Shown: positions 30,044 to 39,350 of the stretch, piece after piece | How positions within the stretch are numbered: the stretch's first letter is position 1 | Layout of the letters: every line of letters starts with the position of its first letter | Source: Raineyella sp. | Lineage (GTDB): Bacteria > Actinomycetota > Actinomycetes > Propionibacteriales > Propionibacteriaceae | DNA: 64,000 nt | Direction: 5' to 3' | Assembly: GCF_034933565.1 (NCBI RefSeq) | Contig: NZ_JAYFNG010000013.1 | Span: forward strand, 6,863-70,862 | Position numbers and translations under genes: made by a program | The notes under the pieces: model-generated | The model's database searches: none | Told to the model about the DNA's origin: nothing | What the model saw: only the letters and a program-made list of their open reading frames with translations

Positions 30044-31028
30044 CGTCGTAGTGGTCGCCGTGCATCGCGTGGCGGTGGCCGTCGTGCACGTAGTCGACAT
30101 GGTCGCCGTGACGCACCGCGGGGTGGTGGCAGTCGGGTCCGCCGTGGACGTGGGCGTGGCCCTCCGCGTGGTCGTGCGGCGCCGGGACGATCTCGTCGAC
30201 GACCGGGACGGCGCGGTCGGCGTGGCGCCGCCGGGTCAGCGCGCCGCCGATCGGCAGCGAGACGATGAAGACCGCGATCGCGATCAGCACGATCAGTGCC
30301 CCGGGCGGGGCGTTCCAGTAGAACGAGCCGACGATGCCGCCGGTCGCGGAGAGCACCCCGATGGCCATCCCCAGCACCATCGTCAGCCAGAAGCCGGTGA
30401 CCAGGTTGCGGCTCGCCGCGATCGGCACCACCATCAGGGCGCTGACCAGCAGCAGGCCGACGGTCCGCATCGACAGCGAGATCGCCACCGCCGCAAGGAT
30501 GACGGTGAGGTAGTTGTAGAACCGGATCGGCAGGCCCAGGGTGCGGGCGTACTCCTCGTCGGTCGCCACCGCGAACAGCCGGTCGGCCAGCCCGACCGAC
30601 ACCACCAGGGCGACGACGGTGAGCACCACGATCATCAGCAGGTCGCCGTCGCTGATCGTGGTGATCGACCCGAAGAGGTACTGGTTCAGGCCGCCGGCGC
30701 CGGCCAGGCCGGACATGAAGACACCGCCGGCCAGACCGCCGTAGAACAGGATCGCCAGCCCGACGTCGCCCGAGGCGCGCTGGTGCTGGCGCAGGTACTC
30801 GATCAGCACGGCACCGAGAATCGCCACGGTGATCGCCACCGGCAGCGGAGAGGTGCCGGTGAGCAACGCCAGGCCGACCCCGGCGAGGGCCACGTGACCC
30901 AGGCCGTCGCCCAGCAGGCTGAGCCGCTTCTGGACGATGTAGATGCCGATCGTCGGCGCGATCAGGCCGGTGAGCAGCGCCCCGATCAGGGCGCGCACCA
31001 TGAACGGGTAGCTGAGGATCGTCGTCAT
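30036..31028 (-). CDS. znuB: metal (Zn/Mn) ABC transporter permease with His-rich C-terminal tail
   Basis: The ABC-3 family polytopic core is followed by a 50-aa tail with 15 His (PHDHAEGHAHVHGGPDCHHPAVRHGDHVDYVHDGHRHAMHGDHYDEH). Confidence 0.9.
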   Translation of the reverse strand: MTTILSYPFMVRALIGALLTGLIAPTIGIYIVQKRLSLLGDGLGHVALAGVGLALLTGTSPLPVAITVAILGAVLIEYLRQHQRASGDVGLAILFYGGLAGGVFMSGLAGAGGLNQYLFGSITTISDGDLLMIVVLTVVALVVSVGLADRLFAVATDEEYARTLGLPIRFYNYLTVILAAVAISLSMRTVGLLLVSALMVVPIAASRNLVTGFWLTMVLGMAIGVLSATGGIVGSFYWNAPPGALIVLIAIAVFIVSLPIGGALTRRRHADRAVPVVDEIVPAPHDHAEGHAHVHGGPDCHHPAVRHGDHVDYVHDGHRHAMHGDHYDEH

Positions 31029-31837
31029 GCGTCCTCCTGTTCGGGCTCGGGGAAGGACGGGTACGCCGGCACCCAGTCGTTGTGGGAGGAGACGTGCTCC
31101 GGCGGCAGGTGGTGCTCGTGCGGGAGGTCGGGGTCGAAGCCCACTCCGTCGAACACCAGTCGGCCGTCCTGCAGCAGCAGACTGCGCCGGACCAGGTCGG
31201 CGAACGGACCGTGCTCGTGCAGCACGACCAGGACGGTGAGTCGGCGGTCGGCGGTGAGCGTACGCAGCAGGTCGGCCAGCGACTGCTGGGTGGCCACGTC
31301 GACCCCGGCCAACGGCTCGTCCATCACCAGCAGCTCCGGGTCGGTGGCCAGCGCCCGGGCGATCAGCGCCCGGCGCCGTTGCCCACCGGAGAGGTGCGCC
31401 AGCTGGGTGCCGGCCTTCGCCGTCAGTCCCACCTCGCGGATGGCCCGGTCGACCGCTTCCCGGTCGGCCCGGCGCGGCGGCATGAACGGACGTCGCAGCG
31501 GCAGCCGCCCGGCGGCGACGATCTCGCGTACGGTCGCGGTGAGCAGCCCCGGATCGACGTGCTGGGGGACGTAGCCGATCCGGCGCCAGTCGTGGAACTC
31601 GTGCTGCGGCACGCCGAACAGCTCGATCCGGCCGCGCTGGTGCGGGACCAGCCGCAGGACGGCCCGCAGCAGGGTGGTCTTGCCCGATCCGTTGGCGCCC
31701 AGCAGGGCGACGAACTCACCCGGGCCGATGTCGGCCGAGACGCCACGGACGATGGGCAGTCCGCCCAGGGTGACCGAGACGTCGCGCAGGCTGACCACTG
31801 CTGCATCGGTGCCGGGCGGCGTCGGGCTCCCGGGCAT
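31025..31837 (-). CDS. znuC: metal ABC transporter ATP-binding protein
   Basis: It has Walker A (GANGSGKTT), the signature LSGGQRRR and Walker B (LLVMDEP). A TGATG overlap with the znuA stop favours a start at 31837; the alternative is 31846. Confidence 0.9.
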   Translation of the reverse strand: MPGSPTPPGTDAAVVSLRDVSVTLGGLPIVRGVSADIGPGEFVALLGANGSGKTTLLRAVLRLVPHQRGRIELFGVPQHEFHDWRRIGYVPQHVDPGLLTATVREIVAAGRLPLRRPFMPPRRADREAVDRAIREVGLTAKAGTQLAHLSGGQRRRALIARALATDPELLVMDEPLAGVDVATQQSLADLLRTLTADRRLTVLVVLHEHGPFADLVRRSLLLQDGRLVFDGVGFDPDLPHEHHLPPEHVSSHNDWVPAYPSFPEPEQEDA

Positions 31838-32781
31838 CACCGGCATCCGTTGGCGGTCCGGAGGGACTGCAGGTTCGCGCGCATCACCCCAAGGTAGTCG
31901 GCGCCGCGCGAGGTGTCCGTCGGCCTGGCCTCGAGCGGGTCGAGGACGTCGGTCCGCAGGCCGACATCCTGGGCGATGGACCGGGAGACCGCGGGGGAGA
32001 CGGCGGTCTCGTAGAAGATCGTGGTGATCCCCTCGCGCTTGGCCAGGTCCTGCACCTCGGCGATCCGGGCAGCGGTCGGCTCGACCGTCGCGTCCAGGCC
32101 GCGGATGGAGATCTGCTGCAGGTTGTAGCGCTGGGCCAGGTAGCCGAACGCCTCGTGGGAGGTGACGAACCCGCGGCGCTCGCAGGTGGCCAGGCCGGCG
32201 GAGTAGTCGCCGTCCAGGGCCTTGAGCTCAGCGGTGACCGTGTCGGTGTTCGCCCGGTAGCTGTCGGTGCCCGCGGGGTCGAGGGCGACCAGCTCGTCGC
32301 GGACCGCCGTCGCCATGGTGACCATGTTGGTGGGATCGAGCCACACGTGCGGGTCGGCCGCGTGGTCGTGGGCGGAGGTGGGAGTCTCGAGGTCGTGGCC
32401 GGCGGCCGTCTCGGTGGTGTCGAGGTTCTGCACCAGGGTGCGGGTGTCCAGGGCCCGGCCCCGGGTGCCCTGACCGACCGCGTTGTCGACGGCGGCCTGG
32501 AAGGCGGACTCGTAGATGATCAGGTCGCCCCGGGTCGTCACATCGGCGACCTGCTGGGGGGTCAGCTCGAGGTCGTGCGCCTCGCCGCCGGGTGGCAGCA
32601 GGCCCTCCACCGTGACGCGATCGCCACCGATCTGGCGGGCCAGCCACTCGTACGGATAGATCGCGGCGACGACCCGCTTCGGCCCGGACGACGGGGCGGA
32701 CGAGGGGGAACCAGCACAGGCGCCCAGCAGAGCGACGGCGGCCAGGGCGGAGACACCGGCGAGGACACGTGAACCGTTCAT
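31837..32781 (-). CDS. znuA: metal ABC transporter substrate-binding lipoprotein
   Basis: The product begins MNGSRVLAGVSALAAVALLGAC, which contains a lipobox. A ZnuA/TroA-type domain follows (HDHAADPHVWLDP). Confidence 0.88.
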   Translation of the reverse strand: MNGSRVLAGVSALAAVALLGACAGSPSSAPSSGPKRVVAAIYPYEWLARQIGGDRVTVEGLLPPGGEAHDLELTPQQVADVTTRGDLIIYESAFQAAVDNAVGQGTRGRALDTRTLVQNLDTTETAAGHDLETPTSAHDHAADPHVWLDPTNMVTMATAVRDELVALDPAGTDSYRANTDTVTAELKALDGDYSAGLATCERRGFVTSHEAFGYLAQRYNLQQISIRGLDATVEPTAARIAEVQDLAKREGITTIFYETAVSPAVSRSIAQDVGLRTDVLDPLEARPTDTSRGADYLGVMRANLQSLRTANGCR

Positions 32782-32795
32782 GAAAATCATTCTCA
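32781..32795. promoter_or_regulatory. Zur box
   Basis: TGAAAATCATTCTCA is a near-perfect palindrome like the actinobacterial Zur box TGAAAATGATTTTCA. It overlaps the -10 element and the znuA start codon. Confidence 0.8.
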
Positions 32796-32817
32796 ACAAG
32801 ATGGGAATGAATGTCAA
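32789..32817 (-). promoter_or_regulatory. znuA promoter predicting a leaderless transcript
   Basis: On the minus strand: TTGACA (32817-32812), a 17-nt spacer and GAGAAT (32794-32789). The ATG at 32781 begins 7 nt after the -10 element. Confidence 0.6.
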
Positions 32818-32862
32818 TATCGGGTGGTCGAGGCAGCAGGTGGCCGGGGTAGTCTGCTTCCC

Positions 32863-33174
32863 GTGCTGGTGATCCATCGCTTCCGGGTCCCCGCGGATCG
32901 TACGGCGGAGTTCGCCGCGGCCGCCGACGTGGCCGTCGACCACTTCCGGGCCCGCCCCGGGGTGGCCGGCGTCGACCTGGTCCGCAACCTCGACGACCCC
33001 CTGCTCTGGGCCCTGGTGACCCGGTGGGACGACCCGCTCAGCTACCGGCGGGCGATCGGCGGCGCGGTCGCCACGTATGCGCTGATGCCGGTGATGGCGT
33101 ACGCCCTGGACGAGCCGAGTGCCTACCTGCCGGCCGACGAGCTGGGGGACAACGTCCCCCGGGGCACCGTCTGA
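32863..33174 (+). CDS. antibiotic-biosynthesis-monooxygenase (ABM) domain protein
   Basis: The product begins (GTG start) LVIHRFRVPADRTAEFAAAADVAVDHFRARPGVAGVDLVRNLDDPLLWALVTRWDD, which fits the ferredoxin-like ABM pattern. Confidence 0.65.
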   Translation: MLVIHRFRVPADRTAEFAAAADVAVDHFRARPGVAGVDLVRNLDDPLLWALVTRWDDPLSYRRAIGGAVATYALMPVMAYALDEPSAYLPADELGDNVPRGTV

Positions 33175-33257
33175 CGCTGTGGCGGGGGTGGTCGGCTAGG
33201 CTGGCCGCCGGTGGCATCAGCCGGATGCCCCCGGACAGACAGACGGAGTGAAAACAC

Positions 33258-34646
33258 GTGGCCCCGAGCAAGCTCGACAATGTCATTTCCCTCGCCAAGC
33301 GGCGCGGCTTCGTTTTCCCCAGCGGCGAGATCTACGGTGGCACGAGGTCGGCCTGGGACTACGGACCCTACGGCGTCGAGCTGAAGGAGAACATCAAGCG
33401 CCAGTGGTGGAAGTGGATGGTCACCGGGCGCGAGGACATCGTCGGCCTGGACTCTTCGATCATCCTGCCCCGTGAGGTCTGGGTGGCCTCCGGTCACGTG
33501 GGGGTGTTCACCGACCCGCTCACCGAGTGCCTCTCCTGCCACAAGCGGCTGCGGGCCGACCACCTGCAGGAGGACTACGCCGCCAAGCATGACGTCGCCG
33601 ATCCCGACCAGGTGGCACTGTCCGAGGTCAACTGCCCCAACTGCGGGGTCAAGGGCCAGTGGACCGAGCCGCGGGACTTCAACATGATGCTGAAGACCTA
33701 TCTCGGCCCGGTCGAGGATGAGTCCGGCCTGCACTACCTGCGCCCCGAGACCGCCCAGGGCATCTTCGTCACCTTCAAGAACGTGATGACCGCGGCGCGC
33801 AAGAAGCCGCCGTTCGGTATCGGCCAGGTGGGCAAGTCCGTCCGCAACGAGATCACCCCCGGCAACTTCATCTTCCGCACCCGCGAGTTCGAGCAGATGG
33901 AGATGGAGTTCTTCGTCGAGCCGGGGACCGACGAGGAGTGGCACCAGTACTGGATCGACAACCGCCACCAGTGGTACGTCGAGCTCGGCATCGACCCGGC
34001 CAACCTGCGGTTCTACGAGCACCCCAAGGAGAAGCTCTCCCACTACTCGAAGCGCACCGTCGACATCGAGTACCGGTTCGGTTTCCAGGGCTCCGACTGG
34101 GGCGAGCTGGAGGGCGTGGCCAACCGCACCGACTTCGACCTGGGCACCCACTCCGAGCACTCCGGCACCGTCCTGGAGTACTTCGACCAGGCCAAGGGTG
34201 AGCACTACACGCCGTACGTCATCGAGCCGGCGGCCGGCCTGACCCGCTCGCTGATGGCCTTCCTCACCGACGCGTACGTCGAGGACGAGGCGCCCAATGC
34301 CAAGGGTGGCGTCGACAAGCGTACGGTGCTGAAGCTCGACCCGCGCCTCGCGCCGGTGAAGGCCGCGGTGCTGCCGCTGTCGCGCAACGAGGACCTCACC
34401 CCGAAGGCCAAGGAGCTGGCGGCGCAGCTGCGCAAGCACTGGAACGTGGACTTCGACGACGCACAGGCGATCGGCAAGCGCTACCGTCGTCAGGACGAGA
34501 TCGGCACCCCGTACTGCGTGACCGTCGACTTCGACACCCTCCAGGACCAGGCCGTCACCGTGCGCGAGCGTGACACAATGACCCAGGAGCGGGTCGCGAT
34601 CGCCCAGGTCGAGTCGTACCTGGCCGGCAAGCTCATCGGCTGCTGA
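33258..34646 (+). CDS. glyQS: glycine--tRNA ligase (alpha2 type)
   Basis: The 462-aa product contains [17 protein letters not shown]...[17 protein letters not shown]...[14 protein letters not shown]. Confidence 0.97.
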   Translation: MAPSKLDNVISLAKRRGFVFPSGEIYGGTRSAWDYGPYGVELKENIKRQWWKWMVTGREDIVGLDSSIILPREVWVASGHVGVFTDPLTECLSCHKRLRADHLQEDYAAKHDVADPDQVALSEVNCPNCGVKGQWTEPRDFNMMLKTYLGPVEDESGLHYLRPETAQGIFVTFKNVMTAARKKPPFGIGQVGKSVRNEITPGNFIFRTREFEQMEMEFFVEPGTDEEWHQYWIDNRHQWYVELGIDPANLRFYEHPKEKLSHYSKRTVDIEYRFGFQGSDWGELEGVANRTDFDLGTHSEHSGTVLEYFDQAKGEHYTPYVIEPAAGLTRSLMAFLTDAYVEDEAPNAKGGVDKRTVLKLDPRLAPVKAAVLPLSRNEDLTPKAKELAAQLRKHWNVDFDDAQAIGKRYRRQDEIGTPYCVTVDFDTLQDQAVTVRERDTMTQERVAIAQVESYLAGKLIGC

Positions 34647-34682
34647 GCCCTGCGGGCCGGCACTGCGCGAGGGAGGACTGGG

Positions 34683-34973
34683 ATGGCCAAGTCGTCGGAT
34701 CCCGATGCCGAGGCGGAGAAGATGCGCCGGATGGGTGAATGGCTGGACACGGTGGTCGCTGAGCTGGGCATCGCCCCGGAGGTGCTCGACCGGATCCGTA
34801 CGCCGATGCTCGACATGATCGCGGAGGTGGCGCACGGGCCCAGCCGTCCCGGAGCGCCGCTGACCGCGATGCTCGTCGGCCTGGTCTCCGATCCCACCGA
34901 CACCGAGGCGATCCTCGCCCGGGTCGCCCGGGTCCGTGCCCTGGCCGCCGACTGGTCCAGCGCCGAGGCCTGA
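34683..34973 (+). CDS. DUF6457-like small protein
   Basis: The 96-aa product contains MGEWLDTVVAELGIAPEVLDRIRTPMLDMIAEVAHGPSRPGAPLTAML. Confidence 0.65.
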   Translation: MAKSSDPDAEAEKMRRMGEWLDTVVAELGIAPEVLDRIRTPMLDMIAEVAHGPSRPGAPLTAMLVGLVSDPTDTEAILARVARVRALAADWSSAEA

Positions 34974-35105
34974 CCTCTTCCCCCGGGCAGAGGACTGGTC
35001 TCTTCTCCGGGCCGGTCGGGCCGCGTACGGCTCAGGTCGTGTCGTTCAGGCGGTGCGGTGCGGGCGGTGCGGTTCGGACCATGTGTCGGCGTCAGGCCGT
35101 GCCGG

Positions 35106-35594
35106 TCAGGCGACGTACGGTCCGAGCCGGGTCTCGGGTCGGTCCTCCAGGACCACCCGGACCCGGCTCGTGTGCACCGGGTCCATCGGTGGCAGCCGGT
35201 CGATCGGGAAGAACCGTGCCTCGGTGGTCTCCTCCAGGTCCGGGCGTGGTTCACCGGACAGCCAGCGGCACCGGAAGATGTGGTCGATGTACTGGGTCTG
35301 GTCGCCGTTCTCGTAGGTGACCACATCGGTCACGGTGACCCAGGCCAGCCGCTCGACCTCGGCCACCACCCCCGCTTCCTCGTGCACCTCCCGGACCGCC
35401 GCGGCGTACGGTTCCTCGCCGGGATCGATGATGCCGGCGACGGGCGTCCACATGCTGTTGTCGGCCCGCCGGACCAGCAGGGTCTCGGGGCCCCGCGACC
35501 CGTCGCGGAGCACGACGGCCGTGCAGCCGGACAGCCACAGCAGTTCGTGGCCGAGCTTCGCCCGCTGGCGCAGGATGAACTCCGGGGTGGCCAT
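35106..35594 (-). CDS. NUDIX hydrolase
   Basis: The Nudix box is GIIDPGEEPYAAAVREVHEEAGV. Its ATGA start overlaps the stop of the upstream HAD gene. Confidence 0.88.
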   Translation of the reverse strand: MATPEFILRQRAKLGHELLWLSGCTAVVLRDGSRGPETLLVRRADNSMWTPVAGIIDPGEEPYAAAVREVHEEAGVVAEVERLAWVTVTDVVTYENGDQTQYIDHIFRCRWLSGEPRPDLEETTEARFFPIDRLPPMDPVHTSRVRVVLEDRPETRLGPYVA

Positions 35595-36250
35595 CAGCGC
35601 AGCCCCTCCACCAGGTCGAGGGTGACATCGTCGAGGTGGGGGACCACGGCGTCGGCCAGCTCCAGGGCGCCCGGCGCGGGCGGGAAGTCGGGCCGGGGCA
35701 CCGCGATCACCGCCATCCCCGCGGCTGCGGCGGCGCGCAGGCCGTTGCTGGAGTCCTCGATCGCCACGCACTGCGCGGGATCGGCACCGAGCAGCTCGCA
35801 GGCACGCAGGTAGCCGTCCGGGGCCGGCTTGCCCCGGCCCACCTCCTCGGTCGAGACGGTGACCCGGAACTCCGCAGCGATCCCCAGGATGGTCAGGCTG
35901 ACGTCGATCAGCCGCCGGGGCGAGGAGGACGCGAGCCCCAGCGGCCACCGTGCGGCGAGTCGCCGGACCGCGTCGACGGCGCCCGGCAGAGCCGGCAGGT
36001 CCACCGCGTAGCGCTGTGCCAGCGCGTCGATCGTGCGGCGGGCGGCCTCCTCGGCGGTGCCGCTCAGGCCCACCGTGCCGACCAGGTAGCCACTCCACTC
36101 CTGGGTGCTCATCCCCATCATCGCCCGGGTGGCCCCGGCCGGCCAGGGCAGGCCCTCTTCAGCCGCCAGGCCGCGGCGCACCTCGTCCCAGACGCTCTCG
36201 GTGTCGGTGAGGACACCGTCCATGTCGAAGACGACTGCGCGGGGGGTCAT
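35594..36250 (-). CDS. HAD-family hydrolase
   Basis: The HAD motifs are AVVFDMDGVLTDTE (motif I), the Ser/Thr motif and EDSSNGLRAA (motif IV). Confidence 0.88.
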   Translation of the reverse strand: MTPRAVVFDMDGVLTDTESVWDEVRRGLAAEEGLPWPAGATRAMMGMSTQEWSGYLVGTVGLSGTAEEAARRTIDALAQRYAVDLPALPGAVDAVRRLAARWPLGLASSSPRRLIDVSLTILGIAAEFRVTVSTEEVGRGKPAPDGYLRACELLGADPAQCVAIEDSSNGLRAAAAAGMAVIAVPRPDFPPAPGALELADAVVPHLDDVTLDLVEGLR

Positions 36251-36310
36251 GGTGCCATCCTGTCACGTCGCGACTGTCGGGGGCGTGGGCACTCCGCGTA
36301 CAATCGCCCG

Positions 36311-37492
36311 GTGCTCCTGACCGCTCCGCCCGCCCCGCTCGGCGTGCCCGCCCCGCTGGCCCTTTCGGCTCCGTCCCGGCCGGACGCGGTGGTCGTCGAC
36401 ACCCCGGTCGTGCTCGCACCGATGGCCGGGGTGACCAATGCCGCCTTCCGGGAGCTGTGCGCCGAGCAGGGCGCCGGCCTGTACGTCTGCGAGATGATCA
36501 CCTCCCGCGGCCTGGTCGAGCGCGACCGCAAGTCGCTGGAGATGCTGGCGTTCTCGCCCGCCGAGAAGGTCCGGTCGGTGCAGCTCTACGGCGTCGACCC
36601 GGCGGTGATGGGAGCCGCGACGGAGATCCTCTGTGCCGAGTTCGGGGTGGACCATGTCGACCTCAACTTCGGCTGCCCGGTGCCCAAGGTCACCCGGAAG
36701 GGCGGCGGCGGGGTGCTGCCCTGGAAGCGTGATCTGCTCGGCGAGATCCTCCGGTCGACCGTGCGGGCCGCCGACCGCCACGGTGTCCCGGTGACGATGA
36801 AGACCCGGGTCGGCATCGACGACGACCACCGGTACTTCCTGGACGCCGGTCGGATCGCCGAGGACGCCGGGATCGCCGCGATCTGCCTGCACGGGCGTAC
36901 GGTCGCCCAGGCCTACTCCTCCGACGCCGACCGGGACGCGATGGCCGAGCTCGTCGGGCACGTCTCGATCCCGGTGCTCGGCAACGGGGACATCTGGGAG
37001 GCTGCCGACGCCCTGGAGATGGTCCGGCAGACCGGGGTCGCCGGGGTCGAGATCGGCCGCGGCTGCCTCGGCCGGCCCTGGCTGTTCCGTGATCTCGCCG
37101 ACGCGTTCGCCGGCCGGGCGACCCGCACCCTGCCGACCCTCGGCGAGGTCGCGGCGATGTTCCGTCGCCACGGTGAACTGCTCGCCGGGTTGATGGGGGA
37201 GCGGCGCGGCCTGACCGACCTGCGCAAGCATGTCGCCTGGTACTTCAAGGGCTTCCCGGTCGGGGGTGATGTCCGACGCGGTCTGGCGATGGTCTCCTCG
37301 TTCGCCGAGCTCGACGATCTGCTGGGTCGGCTCGACCCGACAGTGGCCTTCCCGGACACCGCCGTCGGGGTGGCCCGGGGCCGGCAGGGGTCGCCACGGG
37401 ACCGCGTCGCCATGCCGGAGGGCTGGCTGGCCGACACCTGCGGGCTCGGCGAGGACCTGTCCGCCGCGGAGCTCGGCGTCTCCGGCGGCTGA
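36311..37492 (+). CDS. dus: tRNA dihydrouridine synthase
   Basis: It starts at GTG 36311 and contains VLAPMAGVTNAAFRELC...VDLNFGCPVPKV...ICLHGRTVAQAYS. Confidence 0.92.
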   Translation: MLLTAPPAPLGVPAPLALSAPSRPDAVVVDTPVVLAPMAGVTNAAFRELCAEQGAGLYVCEMITSRGLVERDRKSLEMLAFSPAEKVRSVQLYGVDPAVMGAATEILCAEFGVDHVDLNFGCPVPKVTRKGGGGVLPWKRDLLGEILRSTVRAADRHGVPVTMKTRVGIDDDHRYFLDAGRIAEDAGIAAICLHGRTVAQAYSSDADRDAMAELVGHVSIPVLGNGDIWEAADALEMVRQTGVAGVEIGRGCLGRPWLFRDLADAFAGRATRTLPTLGEVAAMFRRHGELLAGLMGERRGLTDLRKHVAWYFKGFPVGGDVRRGLAMVSSFAELDDLLGRLDPTVAFPDTAVGVARGRQGSPRDRVAMPEGWLADTCGLGEDLSAAELGVSGG

Positions 37493-37510
37493 GTCCTTCG
37501 CTCGGGGCCG

Positions 37511-38728
37511 ATGTCAGGGGCTGCTGGCAGGATGGAGGGCATGGACGTCCATGACGTGTCCGCAGATCCGGCCCTGTCGACCGACCCGGTCGTGTCTGAC
37601 AGTACGACCGACCCGCTGCCGCGTGCCCGGCAGTGGGCCCGCACCATGGGTGGACACCGCCACGGGGACCGGATCGTCCGCGCGCACGCTGATTCGTCGG
37701 CGCCGATCGGCCCCGGTGAGGTGATCGGCCGACAGGCCCGGGAGGCTCTTGAGCGAGCGACCCTGCGGCCGGGGGCGGCGTTCTCGTACGGTGCCGGCGA
37801 CCGACCCCGCGAGGAGGAGCCCGACCCGGAGCGGACCTGCTTCGAGCGTGACCGCGATCGCATCGTGCACGCCACCGCCTTCCGCCGCCTGGCCGGCAAG
37901 ACCCAGGTCGTGGTCCACCCCACCGACCACCAGCGGACCCGGCTGACCCACGCCCTCGAGGTGATGCAGGTCGCGTCGTCGATCGCCCGCGGCGTCGGAG
38001 CCAACGTGGCGCTGACCGAGGCCATCGCGCTCGGCCACGACTGCGGACACGGCCCCGGCGGCCACGCCTCGGAGGACGCCTTCGATCCGTACCTGCCGGA
38101 AGGGTATGACCATGGCCCGTGGGGCGCCGACGTCGCGCTCGTCGACCTCAACCTGTGTGCCCAGACCACCGACGGCATCCGCAACCACTCCTGGTCCCGG
38201 CCGGCACCGGCCACCATCGAGGGGGAGATCGTCTCCTGGGCCGACCGGATCGCCTATTGTGCCCACGACCTGGAGGACGCCACCCGGGCCGGCATCGTCA
38301 CCCTGGACGAGCTCCCGGAGGCGGTGGCCGAGGGGTGCGGCCGGGACCGGCGGACCCAGATCCGCACCTTCGTCCGGGCCGTCGTCCGGACCGTCGGGGC
38401 GTACGGGGAGGTCGGCATGGGGCCCGACGAAGCGGCCGCGCTGGCCGGGCTGCGGTCCTTCAACTACGAACGGATCTACACCCGACCGGAGTCGGTGGCC
38501 CAGTCCCGGGCGGTCGTCGACCTGCTCCGGGCGCTGGTCGAGCACTACTCGCACCGGCCGGAGCGGCTGCCCGGAGCCCCGGACGCCCCGGCGGACTCGC
38601 CGGAGACGGTCCGTGCCGCGATCACCTGGATCGGCGGGATGACCGACCGCTACGCCTTCGACATCGCCACTCGGGAGTTGCACTGGGACCCGGCAAGACT
38701 GCCGAAAGCGATCCGGGAATTCGCCTAG
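37511..38728 (+). CDS. dgt: dGTP triphosphohydrolase-like HD-domain protein
   Basis: It contains FERDRDRIVHATAFRRLAGKTQV...RLTHALEVMQVA...GHDCGHGPGGH. It lies at the conserved dgt position of the dgt-dnaG backbone, although dnaG is about 9 kb further on in this window. Confidence 0.9.
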   Translation: MSGAAGRMEGMDVHDVSADPALSTDPVVSDSTTDPLPRARQWARTMGGHRHGDRIVRAHADSSAPIGPGEVIGRQAREALERATLRPGAAFSYGAGDRPREEEPDPERTCFERDRDRIVHATAFRRLAGKTQVVVHPTDHQRTRLTHALEVMQVASSIARGVGANVALTEAIALGHDCGHGPGGHASEDAFDPYLPEGYDHGPWGADVALVDLNLCAQTTDGIRNHSWSRPAPATIEGEIVSWADRIAYCAHDLEDATRAGIVTLDELPEAVAEGCGRDRRTQIRTFVRAVVRTVGAYGEVGMGPDEAAALAGLRSFNYERIYTRPESVAQSRAVVDLLRALVEHYSHRPERLPGAPDAPADSPETVRAAITWIGGMTDRYAFDIATRELHWDPARLPKAIREFA

Positions 38729-38887
38729 GTCCGGCGCAGCGGCGCAGCGGGTAACGTTCCAGCTGGGCGAACCCCGTTCCGCATCGAGGAACGAATGTGG
38801 TGGGGGCCACACGTCTGCAGGAAAGTTCTGGGTATCGCACGACGAGCCGCCCGCGGACGGCCCGAGGCACTGACGCGAAGGAGCGCC

Positions 38888-39253
38888 ATGACGAAGGTGA
38901 CTGTGCACCCGACCGGGGAAGTGGTCGAGGTGCGTGACGGTGAGACCATCATGGGCGCCTTCTACCGCACCGGATATGCGATGCGCATCGGCTGCAAGCG
39001 CGGGGGCTGCGGCTTCTGCAAGATCGACGTCCACGACGGATCGTTCACCTACGAGCGTCCGGTCTCCGACGAGGTCGTCACCCCCGAGGAGGCCGCCCAC
39101 GGTGTCTGCCTGCCCTGCCGGGCGGTGCCGACGCAGGACATGGTCGTCGAGTTCCGGGAGAACTCGCTGCGCCTGGTCAACCCCCTGATGCGCTACATGC
39201 TGTCCGCCAAGGAAGTCCCGACGAAAACGCCGCGGATCAGTACCCCGGTGTGA
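38888..39253 (+). CDS. plant-type [2Fe-2S] ferredoxin, XylT/DmpQ-like
   Basis: It contains CKRGGCGFCKIDV...CLPC and lies directly upstream of the extradiol dioxygenase. A GAAGGAG RBS precedes it. Confidence 0.8.
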   Translation: MTKVTVHPTGEVVEVRDGETIMGAFYRTGYAMRIGCKRGGCGFCKIDVHDGSFTYERPVSDEVVTPEEAAHGVCLPCRAVPTQDMVVEFRENSLRLVNPLMRYMLSAKEVPTKTPRISTPV

Positions 39254-39350
39254 CGTACCTCTCGTCAGCCACCGGATCCCGTCCATCCACCTAGCATCCG
39301 ATTCAGTACCGCCACGACAACAACCGCCACGACAACAAAGGAGTTCCCTC

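Noticed and set aside
33175-33257. A T-box or other riboswitch leader upstream of glyQS.
   Set aside because: The spacer is only 83 nt, which is too short for a T-box, and I saw no specifier/antiterminator-like structure.
35636-36310. The N-terminal 225 aa of the 618-aa track ORF containing dus.
   Set aside because: This part is antisense to the HAD hydrolase gene. The Dus homology starts only after GTG 36311.
38729-38887. The short repeats GCGCAGCG x2 (38736-38751) and CCGCCACGACAACAA x2 (39309-39338) as regulatory elements.
   Set aside because: They are very short, there is only one pair of each, and nothing in the context supports a role. They are most simply further examples of the general slippage tendency.
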